A stretch of 63,918 nucleotides of DNA, filler included, from Asterionella formosa (lineage: Eukaryota), in NCBI GenBank assembly GCA_002256025.1. It is 7 parts of 7 records of this genome, joined end to end, with 100 filler letters (N's around TTAATTAATTAA, not from the genome) between each part and the next. Parts side by side here need not be neighbours in the genome. Positions count along the whole stretch, not along the records: positions 10,214 to 20,308 come from NKIB01009867.1; positions 20,409 to 30,504 come from NKIB01009869.1; 5 more parts are not named here. One strand, written 5' to 3'. The translations under genes were made by a program, and so were the position numbers. The notes below the pieces were generated by a model. The model made no database searches. It saw nothing but the letters and a program-made list of their open reading frames with translations, and was not told the DNA's origin. Shown piece after piece: positions 11,706-24,122 of this stretch. Positions within the stretch are counted from its first letter, which is position 1. Each line of letters begins with the position of its first letter.

Positions 11706-14404
11706 TCCTCCTCGTTACCATGTTCAAGAAGTTCTAAAACTGTACCGCTCAGTACAGGTCCGGATAGCCTTGTAAAAATCTGCTCTTTGACATTCTTTGT
11801 CAACATGTCTGCTGGATTGTTTTCTGATCTTAGAAAAACAATATGCAACGCACCCTCATCTATCATGTTCTTGACATGATGAAACTTAACATCAATGTGT
11901 TTTGTTCTTGTTCCGAGTTGTTGATTCTTCGCTGTGAATATTGCACCTGTATTATCCTCACGTAAAATGCTTGGTAGGATATTTTTACCACCTGTCACTT
12001 TGTTCAGTACGATTGCAATAATTTGATCTCTTGAGCACATTGCGACATCGCAATGTATTCTGCTTCTGTGCTTGACAGCGTAACGGATGGCTGGCCCTTT
12101 GATTGCCAACTGATCAACGCACCACCAATGGTAACCAGAAAACCCGTGGTACTTTTCCGGCTTACCTTATTAGCAGCCCAGTCACTATCAACATATGCAA
12201 TAACCCGTAATTCCTTAGGTTTTCGAATCTTGAGAACGCTGTCCAATTTGCTTGATAAGAATCCGATAACTTGTGAAACTCCTTCCAAGAACGCCTGGAC
12301 AGCTTAAATACGAAGATAATTCACGTACTTCATTGGCACAGTCCGGGGAATCTTTCTTAGTAGACCATAATAATTTCCCAACAATCTTGCAATGTTCCGC
12401 CTCCATAATAGTTTCTCGATTATTGGCTCCTAATGTTTTTCCTGGTGCTCCTGGTGTCACATAAGACTTTATCTTCTTAACAGTAAGCATCTCATATTCC
12501 ACTAGCATTTCAGTACGAAATTTCTTCAGCTGTACTTCCCAGTATTCTCCAAATTTGTAATGCTTGCGCATATATTCCACATTTAAGTGTTTTCTTAGGG
12601 GACCTTGTTCCGTGATATTAAAATCCTCCTTGATCATATTTTTCATGTAGTCGACTGCATTCCTGGTACCACATATTATTCCATCATCCACATAATTTGC
12701 CAACAGCCCTTCAATTTGTCCATCGTTGTTACGGCAGATAAACAACATTGGGTCTATTTCGCTTTTCGTTATACCTGTCTTGCTGGTGACGCATTTCGCA
12801 AATGTCTTGGACCAGCATCTTGGAGCTTGCACAATTCCATACATAGCCTTAATTAGTTTGCAGATGTGTGTATTCTGATCAATCCCTGTCAATCCTTCTG
12901 AGGGCTCAATATAAATGTCTTCATCGATGTCAGCATTTAAAAACGCTGCTTCAATGTTGAATGCTTCCGCTATCCAACCGTAGTACAAAGTAACAGCCAG
13001 TACGGTTTTTATTGTAGCATCACTTGGAACAGGAGCGAACGTCTCAGTAAAATCAACTTCCTGGATCTGTTCATATCCGTTCACAACCAACCGTGCCTTG
13101 TATACTGTCTTGCCGGTTATCACGTCCTCTTGTCTTAAGAGCTCGCTTATTCACGACATTTCTCTTAACTATTTTCCACACTCCTCTTGCTTGGAAGTTT
13201 TCAAATTCTTTCTTGGAAGTTTTCAAATTCTTTCTTTATAGCTTTGTTTATCCACTCTTTGTGATCAGGTCTTGCCATCGCTTCATCATAAATATTTGGT
13301 AAACCTGGGTCCGATGCAAGACTTGCATTGAATACGAAATATACTTCAGTTTCCTCATTCGAAAAAGCTTCCTCCTCAATCACATTTGGTTATGAGGTGT
13401 CTGGATTGAACTTAACACTTTTAGTTGGATTATATGATGAGTCCAACTTCTTCAATTCTCGTTCCAACTTTGCCTGTTTAGTTTGGAGCGTAGTTGGGTT
13501 TTTAGTCTTTGCTTGTTGCTTCACAGCCTTTCTCTTTTCTAGGTCAGTGATTTCTTCACTCCTTGTAGTAGATTTTGCTGTTCCAGTGTCTGTAGTTGAT
13601 TTATCCTTGTTGTCGTTATCTTCCTCATTGTCTGAAACTTCTGGTAGTTAATCTTCATTGTAGAAATCATCATATAATCCATCATTATTGACTTCAGCTT
13701 CTGGTTGAACTGCAACTTTCTCTTTGGCATTGTCCTTGTAGATTTTTCTAGTCCGTCCGTAGGTGCATTTGTTCCATGCCACTCACTCCACTTAATATCG
13801 CGTGTATTTATTACAGTGTTAGTCTCATGATTATACATATGATATGTATCTTGGGAGTGGTCCTCTGAATAACCCAAAAAGACACACTTGAAAGAATGTG
13901 TGTCTAATTTCTTAATGCCGTGTCTTGCAGCAACCCAGCCTACACGCCCAAATTGCTTGTATAACTTGTAGGGCCTTCTTGGATTCATTTCGCCGTAGAA
14001 CATGTCATCGGGACTTCTTTTAGTTACTGAGTTAACTCTACTACTTTTTGCGATACAAACATGTAGCTGTATGTATCGCCTCTGCCCATAATATCCCTTG
14101 GTACTCATCTGTTAGTTTTGCACTTAGCATCATTGCTAATGCCCTCTGTCGCACAATGACAAAACCGCGTTCCACTACACCATTGTGTTGTGGAGTGTGC
14201 GGGGCAGTAAATTCCATTTTTATTCCGCGATTTTCATATACCTTTCTCAATTGTTTAGTATTCTCGCCTGCATCATCGCAACGGACATACTTTGTCTTGT
14301 GACCGGCTCCGGCTAAACTTGATATTAAAACTTAAATGAATCTCCAGCGCTTTCTTGTGTAGTCGTCCACTGCCATGACCCAGTACTGAGTCTCTCTCCA
14401 GGTA

Positions 14405-15151
14405 CCACTTAAAAACTGTAAGCCACCGCTATGACGACTTTTGAACTGTAAGCCACCGCTAAACGGAGTAAACGCACGGTTTGAACTTAGTTTGGAAGAT
14501 ACGTTAATTATTGTCACGAAGGAGTTGTTCAGATTTATATAGCAAGTAAATACGTACGTACTTTTATTGTTGCATTGTGTAAGTTGTTAACTACTTATTA
14601 CGGCCCGAAGGTTGCTGTCGACGCGAAATTGCGAAAAATGGAAAATTTTATGTTTACTCTATTGAGCTGGCAGCGTCTTTCTACACGTGCCCATGTATTT
14701 GGAGAAATTCTTGCCATAAAATTAATTTAGCATTATTAAATGTGTGTACGACGTCATTGTGCTTTCGAATACATTATGCATCAGAAGAATTCGGTGATGA
14801 TGCAAGCGCAAAAAGCATACTGCATCGCGCAAAAAAGGTAAAGTAATACGAAAATAGTTTCTGTAGTATAAACGGAGTAAAGATAATCACGGTTTGGGGG
14901 GAAATATACTCATGTATGGATAGAAAAATATGCACTGTAAGCCACCGCTATGCAACAATCTTAATGACTTTAAAAAAATTAGATCTTCATGGCTTTATAC
15001 ACTGAATCGAAACTGATTACTTATTCGTAGAAAAGAGTGCATCGTGTAACTTACACTTCGTACTTGCATCAGGTTTCGATTGTTATATTACTTGAATATT
15101 TTTTAGTCGGGAGATGGAGTAAAATAACGGTGGCTTACAGTTTTTAAGTGG
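14405..15151. mobile_element. Non-autonomous Tc1/mariner-type MITE (747 bp) inserted in the copia integrase
   Basis: TIR CCACTTAAAAACTGTAAGCCACCG(C/T)TAT at both ends; TA duplication at 14403..14404 and 15152..15153; removal restores codons STVPGER. Extra ACTGTAAGCCACCGCT copies near 14446 and 14934. Confidence 0.92.
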
Positions 15152-16101
15152 TACCGTCGATTTTTCTTGTGTTGTTTTTGGGATGGCTAGTGCTTTCGCT
15201 TTCGCTGCCGCACAGCCTGCACACACTGTCATGATGCCACTCAACTTCCATCCAAATAATTTCGCCGTATCGTGCAAACATTTCTCGCCCACATGACAAA
15301 GCATCGCATGCGCTTCATTAATATCGACAATCACATAATTATTTTCCAACTCACCATTTTGATTATTCCATTTGTTCTTTCCCTTCTTCGTTTTCTTTGC
15401 TTCAACTTTCGTCCAATCGTTTTCGTTGTAGTTGTCGATCGATTGTTGTGTAGTGTTCTCTTGTAGTGGCTCGACTTCCATCACCGTTTGCTTGATGATC
15501 GGATTACCTTCGACATGATACATTGCTCCAAGTTTTCGAGTTTTGTCTCTTTTGCAGGTCAGAAAGCCGCTCTTGTTTCGTATCGTCATGCTATCGTCCT
15601 CGAAGATCACTTGATTACCCTTGTCAAATGATGATGTTCTGCTTGACTCCGGTTCATAAAGCACATCGGTGAGTTTCAAGCGTTTTCCTTCATCCGTAGT
15701 CGTCATGGTCACGGAACCAGATTCAGTTGATACTATCTAAGTTCCATTCCCTACCACAACCGTTTCACTCACTTGTTTCTTGTCTTCCATCATGCGCACG
15801 TTTGTGCAGATGTGAATGGTAGCACTGCTGTCTAACAACCAGCGATTTCTGACATCACGAGCGAGGTTGACTTCCTCGTTGTAACTAATTTCGACACATG
15901 TGGCGACGAACATTCCTTGCTGGTGGGTAGATGTAGTTGTGTTGTTCTCTTCGCTTTTATTATTTTTAGATGCACTGTTACTACTGCACTCACTTGCGTA
16001 GTGTCCCATGCATTGGTACTTGAAACACTTGATCATTTTCCTCTTTTCTTTCTGCTCAGGAGTGAGCTCCTTCTTGTCGGCAGTATTCCCGTTGCTGCGA
16101 C

Positions 16102-18696
16102 CGTCTGTAAATAAAAAGTATCATGCATATAGGATCAAGGGTATCGTACGCTAAGTGGCACAGGATTTTCATATATATGATAATTTTTGGATCAAAAATA
16201 TGATCAAGGTATCTTGTATCTATGACGACAGCGAGGATTCAGTTTATAAAAATATTCAGTCACAACAGGACGAACAATTGAGACTAAAAACTGTCCAAGG
16301 GTTGAATTCAGAAACCATGCAATATTCAGATTTTCAAGATCGCACCGGCTTTCTCCCTGAAAATGCAATGGAAATGCCCCTTCCTCCTCAATTTCAACTT
16401 CCATGTAAAAATTCTCTGAACATGCATCCAATAGAATTAGAACTCATGTTATTCCTCAACGAGAAGAATCTTCCACCAGTTTACTTTGATCATCTAATGA
16501 ACTGGCTGTTCAAGGCAAAAGCAATGAAATATTTTGATGGAAGGTATTGTATCGGCATACTTCATTATTTTTTCTGGAGTATTATGAATCTGTTCAAATT
16601 CATTTGATCTTTGAGTGTATTCAAAGGAATCTTCGATTGATTTCATAACTTTCTTCATCTTCTTTTCCGAAAACATAAAGTCGTGGAGTGTAAACAAGGG
16701 AAGTAAGTCTCGTTTCCTGTTTGACTGATCCTTTCCATGAAATCCATGAAATGCCATTTGGAAAGTTGTCGAAGGGCCAGAAGACAATGATGTAAAACAG
16801 TGGAAGGGAAACGCGGAGCTTTTCGCGGAGCTTATTGCGGCGCCTGTGGAGGTGGAACTGGTGTGATTGTAACCGAGTGTAGTAATTGTTGAACAGAGCA
16901 CAGTGTAATATGCATGTTCCGCCAGCATAGTGTTTACACAATACACATGCTGGCACATATATAGCTAAAACAACGAAAGACAACACAACAATGAACGTGA
17001 TGGCTGGTTGTTGAGGATACCGGTATGTGATATGCATCAATCCATGTCACAAATCATATTATAGTGATGTACATATCAACGCATCTGTATACTTAGATCC
17101 TATGCACTGTAAAATACTATCATATAAACTGTTGACTTTAACTGTATATATTAAACGACAAACATATATATTAATTAACATACTTTATGATTGCTTGATT
17201 TATTTTCTATGATGTCTTGGTAACACTTGCGTACATATTTTATCGTATTTTATTGTCATTGTACTATTTTTACATGATCATATTTTGATCAAAATTATAT
17301 CATATACATTTCATAAAATCATCATAATTTTATGATCAATGTATCATAGCTATGTGATGTACTCTATTCAATATTACATATCATACTTTGGTGATGTATG
17401 TATCGATGTAACCTTATCATGATATCACAGTATCATCTTATCAATCATGATGAGATGATTGGGAAGCAACTGTATTCTGCATCGTGCTACAGGGTATATT
17501 ATATCACGCAATTTAGTAGCGAAGTCACTCCGCCTGTAATGTACTAAAGTCGACAGTGCACATACCGGTACTCACATGCTAATCAGGTTTGAGGCAACGG
17601 ACAGTGGTTCCAACGAGCGAATGATGATACCACGGGTACCAATTTTTCCAACGAAAGAACTTGTCTCTCTATTGATGAGGATGACACGGACACCGACTTT
17701 TCAAGGAGCAAACAACAATGAAGAGACCCACTTGTCGCTCTATTGATGGTAACAAAGATGCGGACAAGTTCAACAGTGAATACAAGAACAACATACCAAT
17801 GAAAACAAGTCAACAGTGTGTGTACGCACACGCCAAGCAGGTTTGAGGCAACGGACAATTTCAACACTCAAATGACAATACGCATATCAAATTTTTCCTA
17901 CAAGCAAACAACAATGAAAAGAGCCACTTGCTTTCGCTCTCTTGATGGTATCCAAGATGCGGACAAGTTCAATAGTTAATTCAAGTACAGTATACCAAAT
18001 GCAGAAACGAGCGAGCGATATGAAAATGAAATGCGTTCTAATCAGAATCATTCTATAACTATAGCTTTGTGGACAGTAGTCTGTTACGCACATTTTCGTA
18101 TTTCCTTCTATGCTGAATCGAAATAGTAGATGTAGTATCATGTGAGAATTGAAAATGTCAACGAGAGCAAGTAGACTGTGTTTGTTTTCGGGTTGATTGG
18201 CGAAATTGTCATGCTGAAGTCGACGAAACGGATTCACAATGTGCACTGTGTGCGAAACCATTACGAGTTCGAATGATTTCTTCTCTCCTGTAAACTCTTA
18301 ATTGAATGATTATGAACAAAGGTTCACTGCACATGACGATTACTCGAAGATTTAATGATCACTTGACCAACCAATTGAAGACGTTATCGCAAACATTCAT
18401 TCCGCTTGTCATCGCTAGTATTTCGTTGTTGTCGCAAAAATCGGAGTGATGATGGATGGAAATGACGAGCCCAATTACATTACTTGAAGTGGTACATTAT
18501 CCTACCAAGAAATTCGAATACAAGAATCAAATAGAAACAATACATATAATAATTAAATATATGTGGTCAAAAGGGTTACTATTTAAATTACAAAGGAATT
18601 TATCAAAATTATTAGATGATATAACGAAAAATTATGATCAGATGATCACAATCCTATGATGCATCATGGAAATATGATAGTTTTTATTTGCAGACG
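16102..18696 (+). mobile_element. Non-autonomous TIR DNA transposon (2595 bp; CACTA/EnSpm- or Plavaka-like) inserted in copia gag
   Basis: TIR CGTCTG(T/C)AAATAAAAA(G/C)TATCAT; 2-bp TSD AC (16100..16101 and 18697..18698); removal restores gag ADCRSN. TATCAT/TGATC-rich subterminal regions. ORF remnant 16155..16607 (ELMLFLNEKNLPPVYFDHLMNW) resembles Plavaka-type transposase N-termini. The superfamily is inferred. Confidence 0.85.
17584..18000 (+). repeat. Imperfect direct duplication inside the TIR element
   Basis: caggtttgaggcaacggaca occurs at about 17584 and 17838; agcaaacaacaatgaa...aagatgcggacaagttcaa occurs at about 17707 and 17902. Confidence 0.75.
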
Positions 18697-19490
18697 ACAG
18701 TCAGCCGCCTTGTGGCCATACTTGCCACACTTACGACAGTCACCTTTGAACTTCCCTTTTGTGTAGAAGGCCTGTTCACTCTTGTTCTTGCTAGTCGTTT
18801 TGACGTCATCCCGGACATGTAGATAGTAGTAGTCCCGGATGTCTGTCTTAATCTCTTCGACTGTTAGCATGTTGCGCGCCAGGCCGAATCTTCCTACTAC
18901 CAAACTCTTGTAGCTTTCCGGTAGGTTGTTGATCATGTCTGCCATATAGGCACCATCCGAAACGGCGGAGCTCGTATTGCCTAATCGTTCCTGGATACGA
19001 TCCAACTCCACATACCAGCTGTCGGGGTTCTCGTTTTCTACTAGAGTGCAATTCGTCCATTGGTGGGAGAAGGCAATGACATTTGCCATATTGCCTGACT
19101 CATACGTTAAAATGAGCTTGTCCCATGCTTCTTTAGCATTGCTGTTAGGAAACTTGGCACTTCTTGCATTATTTACGTGTCAAAATGGCCCACTCTGGCA
19201 TGCCATTATCAGACTTGCGTAAACAACAGTGTTGCTCCTTCGGATGCGTCTCTCGTCAGCATCCGAAAACACGATCGTATCGCCCTTTAGGTCTTTCTCT
19301 CCTCTTGGTAGTTCATCACTGTTAAGTATTTCTTGAAAGTTCTTGTAGCACGCGTATGCGAGAAACTTCGCTTTCCACATGTGCCATTTAGCATCTTGCC
19401 CATCGAACATCGGCAACCTCACTGACGTGTCTTCGTCACTTCCCATTGTTCCTGAGTAGCCTGTGGCCTTCAAAGGTGCGCTTTAAAGCG

Positions 19491-19869
19491 TGTTAAAAGG
19501 TCTTGTACTCCTTCCCGTCTGATGGGTTCCTCTTCCATAGGACTTACCTGTTATACCACTAGTGTTGTTATCTTCTTTCTGCTGCTAGCCTTCGTGATAG
19601 CTTTCGCTATTGACCTTACTCTGTCAATTCTCACTGCTTCTTAATTTTAAGCTTAAACTAAAACTAAGTTTCAATCCCATTCATTACACTTCGAGAACCT
19701 GTTCTTCGTGTTCCATTTTCGTTGATGTGAACCTTCTTCTGATTGATCTAAGACATCAATCTCGTTAGCAAGCTTCTTGACATGGGAACGCACCATTTGA
19801 CTCATTGGACTATAATCGAGTCCACAGTCCTTGTGACTCATTATAGCCATTGATGCTATATTCTTGACA
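19491..19869 (-). repeat. 5' LTR (379 bp)
   Basis: Matches 11332..11705 apart from about 4 substitutions and two small block changes. Confidence 0.95.
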
Positions 19870-20308
19870 TTCTCATACCGGTAGTTATGTTTACTAATCA
19901 AGTGCCGGTAATACAAATTGCATGACACTAAATGAACGTAATGATGAATTCTTAAATATATAAATACAGGCATATGATTGATTTGAGCGACAACAAGGAA
20001 TTTTGTACTGTACATAGAGATGCATACCGGTACTGCAAATGCATGCAAATGAATAATTGTATAATAGGCATTTGGGTACCAGCTATAAACTGAGAGTACC
20101 AGTTAGTCAACGTTAAGAACTCCTTCTTCCGACTAAAAATGTCGAAGTTTCTTAGATGATAAATTTGGAACCAAGTACTGCTACAAACTTTATTGTACCA
20201 CCAGTAGAAGATAGATAGGGATTATAGCCATCATGTAATCAGTTCTGAAGTCAACATACACAGTCATGAAGATCTAAGCCATTTCATTTTACCCTTTTTG
20301 ACTCATAA

Positions 20309-20408
20309 NNNNNNNNNNNNNNNNNNNNNNNNNNNNNNNNNNNNNNNNNNNNTTAATTAATTAANNNNNNNNNNNNNNNNNNNNNNNNNNNNNNNNNNNN
20401 NNNNNNNN
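20309..20408. other. Artificial contig spacer
   Basis: N-TTAATTAATTAA-N, 100 nt. Confidence 0.98.
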
Positions 20409-20569
20409 TGGGTAGATGATATGACTTGCGACAGGTACGCAATCCATGACGACTTACTCTGCAGGGAAGGGAGGACCTCATGAACCCCATTCCGACATGG
20501 ATCCCGACAGGGAGTAAATGCCGAAACTGCGGTGAACAAAGGCAAAGCAAGAATTAACGACAAGCGCAT
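20409..20569 (-). CDS. 5' end of a probable plastid-targeted protein (truncated by the contig end)
   Basis: MRLSLILALPLFTAVSA-FTP: signal peptide followed by an ASAFAP-like cleavage motif with Phe at +1. Confidence 0.65.
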
Positions 20570-21577
20570 CGTTCAGAGAATATGATAGTTAGTACAAAAT
20601 GGCACCGAGTGATTATTCTTTCTTCATTCTTGTATTAACCATGTATGGATACGTAAGATATGAATAACCAACCGAGGTACCAGGTACCAGGTACCCGGTA
20701 CCTCGGTAATCTTCAAAATGCGAACCAGGTGCACTACCAGCAAGTTGCGGTCATTTTGATTAAAAAACATTATGACCTGGGATAAACCAGCTAAATCTTT
20801 AGGTGAGCAAAAATACCGCAACTTGCAGAATATATTTAGCCCGGCATAAGTAATAAATAAGAATACTATTTATCATGTATCTGGAGTAAATACAGTACCA
20901 CCCCTGGTACCAGGTTCAAGGTGTACTCCTACTGCGATCTCCTGTCACCTGGTGAGAGATCCCGCGCATCAATACAGTTGTATATAGGGTTAGTGTTATG
21001 TACATATTAGAATTCAATAATGAGAGAAAATGAGTTACACACAAGGATTAACAAATAAGCTCATATATTCAACAAATACTACTACTTGTAGTTAGATACT
21101 TTACTTTGAATTCAAAAAGAGTCCGATTAGAATTAATAATCATGTTGATGTACTGTCCGCTCAAGTTCCAGTGGTCCCATTGATGAAGGATAACAACATA
21201 CTAAACATCTTGATTCAGACCTCTTTGTGTATCCCTACTAGGTCGATGTTTGGAGTTTTCAACAAAGATATGATCAATTAGCACTCAGTGGAAGCTTGTT
21301 GACTGATTTCAGTACATCCTGTGATATGATGGCTAACACATGCACCTTCAGTCCAGCAGATTCCTTGCTTGTTCTCCTACTGCGGCTAAAAAAGATGACT
21401 CAGAGATATCGTCTTGTCTGACTGGATGAGCGTTGCAATACACCCAAATACTCAGTCCCATGACAGTCTCAACAACAAAGTCGTGTTGATGTGGCTGGAG
21501 GACTACCTTCTTCATGACATCTCTGAGAGTCAGCACAAGTGGGGATGACATGATAATACTCAATAAAACACTTCAAC

Positions 21578-21766
21578 ATGTTGATGATCAAATTTGCTGC
21601 TTATCATCTCAAGACCTTAAATAAGCTCCTCAAACTAATGATGCCTCATCCAGAAGATCAGGAAGTCTTGGCTAAGGACGACTTGAGGTCAATTGTCATT
21701 TATGTTATACCTGATATGTGGCAGCAAGAGTTTGAACGGAAAATGAAAAGAAAACGAAAGGAATGA
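21578..21766 (+). pseudogene. Possible Ty3/gypsy gag remnant
   Basis: DDLRSIVIYVIPDMWQQEFER resembles a retrotransposon capsid segment and lies upstream of gypsy pol remnants on the same strand. Confidence 0.3.
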
Positions 21767-22611
21767 TTCGCTTGGTTTTGACTTACTTCTAGAATCAACA
21801 ATCATTCAAAGATAATCTCAGGCAAATCCTCAAGCATGATTTCTACTATAACACAACATTGTATTCACATCGCTGAAGGCAATCGTGGTAAGTCAAGAGA
21901 ACACGTGTGCCTGGTGTCAATTTTCTAACAAAAAGCAGTCTATAAAAAGTTAAAGTTGAAGAGAATCCTGTGATGCATCAAGAAACAAGCGTGACTAGTG
22001 TCAATTTTAACAAAAGATTGTCGTTGCATTGCTGAATGCAGTCGTGTGATGAATCAAGAAAACAACCATTTCAAGCGTCACTTTGTACATGATTATTTTA
22101 CACTAAGTGGCAATGGCAGGGCACATGCATTTTAATGCAGCCGGCCACGCATGGGATAGTGAAACAACGGTCAAAAAGAAGGCCCATCGAGTTAATATTA
22201 CTAATGCTAGCTACTAACCCTATTCCTTTTCAGTCTGGCATGGAAATTCTACATGGAGCGAATTATCATACTGACACAGCAAACCCTACTCATATTTTCT
22301 TCTGTGCATGTTTTATACAAATCCATGGGTTAAACCTATGATGATGTCTGGTTAGGGTGCCTGGTACTGTGCCGAGGGCCATACCTGCCGACTTTTATGA
22401 ATCTGCCCACGAAATGTTAGTGTTCATGAACCCTCCTGTTGGTCATCTGTTTGCCACTGTGCCTAAAAACCAGCATAATGCTGAACAGATCGCCTTAACA
22501 GAAGTATGTCCGACAATAGCAATGCTATGATATTTATAATTATAGTATATATATATATGATGGCACATTGAATATGTCTTACATCAGTCATTACCGGGAT
22601 AACATTTGTTA

Positions 22612-23592
22612 TTTACAGGATGATTACAGGCTGGATATCGCCGCTATTGTAACGCGGGATATTTTGATATGCAAAGGTGGATTCAATAAATCATCCCGCC
22701 TGTATGCACATCTCAAGGCCTGATTCTGGTCTCATTTCTTTCTTTGCCTAAGAATGCATAAGCTTCATTGCATTTCATTCCCATTTCAATAGCAACCCAG
22801 CAAGTATTGGTGGCTGCTTTGTATATACATGACATAAAATGAATGGTATTTGATCGCGGTGGATCCTGATCTTTAACCTATGACTTGATTGTACTTCAGG
22901 AAATTTCGTTTTCCAGCACCATCGAACATTTATAATTAATATATACCATGCATAGCAGGTATGGTCTTTTCTTCCTTTGGCAGTACTCTTTCATAAAACA
23001 TGATTCTCCCAAAATGTAATCCGTCAGCTTGTATCATGCAACAGAAGTATCTGGTCTTAGAACATTCAACGAGTTTGCTTATTTGTCAAGCTTCTGGTTA
23101 AATCATGATGGATTTTGTACAAAATACATTGTCCTGTATGGTGGATATATCAGTGTTTTCGGCATGGCATTGATTCCTATAATGAAACAGAACGTTTACA
23201 TAATGGGTTATTATATTTTGATACACCTATCAAGGATTATTTCTACACATGTAACATTAAAGCTGCTAGCTATACAGATACGGAAAGCTGATGTTATGGC
23301 TGAAATAAATAATTTACACCGCAAGTCATCAAGAACAATTCCAAAATGAAATGGTCTGTTGAAGACACTGACTCATTGGGATATCGATAAACTCCAACTG
23401 ACCTCAAATTTTGGTCTTCAAAATTAAAAAGGGATTTAAATGGAACTGGTCCATTTTTCTGCTTACCTAAACATACATCAACAAGCTTTTGAATCAATGA
23501 AAGCATTGTTAGTTGCAGATACAATCATGCGTTTTCCTGATCGTAATTTTCCTTTCCATGTTTTTATTGATGCTTCTGATTATCAATTGGTT
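22612..23592 (+). mobile_element. Dispersed repeat ending in Ty3/gypsy RT / RNase H-connection remnants (copy A)
   Basis: HQQAFESMKALLVADTIMRFPDRNFPFHVFIDASDYQL (23440..23592) is the gypsy RT-RNase H linker. 22612..23465 aligns with the reverse complement of about 38225..39050. Confidence 0.8.
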
Positions 23593-24103
23593 GTGCCCTC
23601 TATTTCTTGTAATATTTGTTCAAAGTCACACGTGCAGCCTCAGAAATTGGTCCGAAAGAAACTAGTTGCGAGACTGTATCAGATGTTGTGGTGTAGATTG
23701 TACGTTGTGGTACAATGAAAAATCATGGCTGCGCCAGGATTTTTGACCATTTGAGTTTATAACAACAACATATAACACCACACCACCAGTGCTCAATATG
23801 TTTCTAACATGGGTACAGCACTTAAATCCAGGGTCCACCTTCCAGCTTGCTTTTCAGATGCTTCACTATTTACAAATCCTTCATCAACTTTTTCACTGTT
23901 TGTTGCAACAACAGAAGGTGGAAGCAATGACGCAACATGGAGATCCGCACTGGATGTTTTTTAAGGTAAAAATTAATTTGCTTGCCATATTTTTGGTTAT
24001 CATAGCTATCACCAAGCCAGCGATAAATCATACTGATCTTCTAATGTTCTCAAAATTCATTTGACATTTGAACTGGCCTTTTCAGAAAGGGAAGTGTTCT
24101 TTT

Positions 24104-24122
24104 ACACACACACACACACACA
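24104..24122. repeat. (AC)n microsatellite
   Basis: acacacacacacacacaca. Confidence 0.9.

Larger units (their letters stand above)
11332..19869 (-). mobile_element. Full-length but decayed Ty1/copia element (LTR-gag-PR-IN-RT-RH-LTR) with two nested DNA transposons
   Basis: Direct LTRs. Gag begins MGSDEDTSVRLPMFDG with zinc knuckles CRKCGKYGHKAADC and CFKYQCMGHYASEC; protease WLLDSSAT; IN HAMLCH...CAGC and HTPQHNGVVER; RT KARLVVNGY, YVDD; RNase H YVDSDWA, SSTEAEY, RTKHIDV, NPADMLTK. Many stops and frameshifts. Confidence 0.96.

Noticed and set aside
19671..20048. ORF sharing its C-terminus with 11513..12109
   Set aside because: The shared part is just the LTR sequence read in the same frame.
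20995..21180. Candidate gypsy 5' LTR and PBS
   Set aside because: No second LTR copy and no clear tRNA-complementary PBS to confirm the boundaries.
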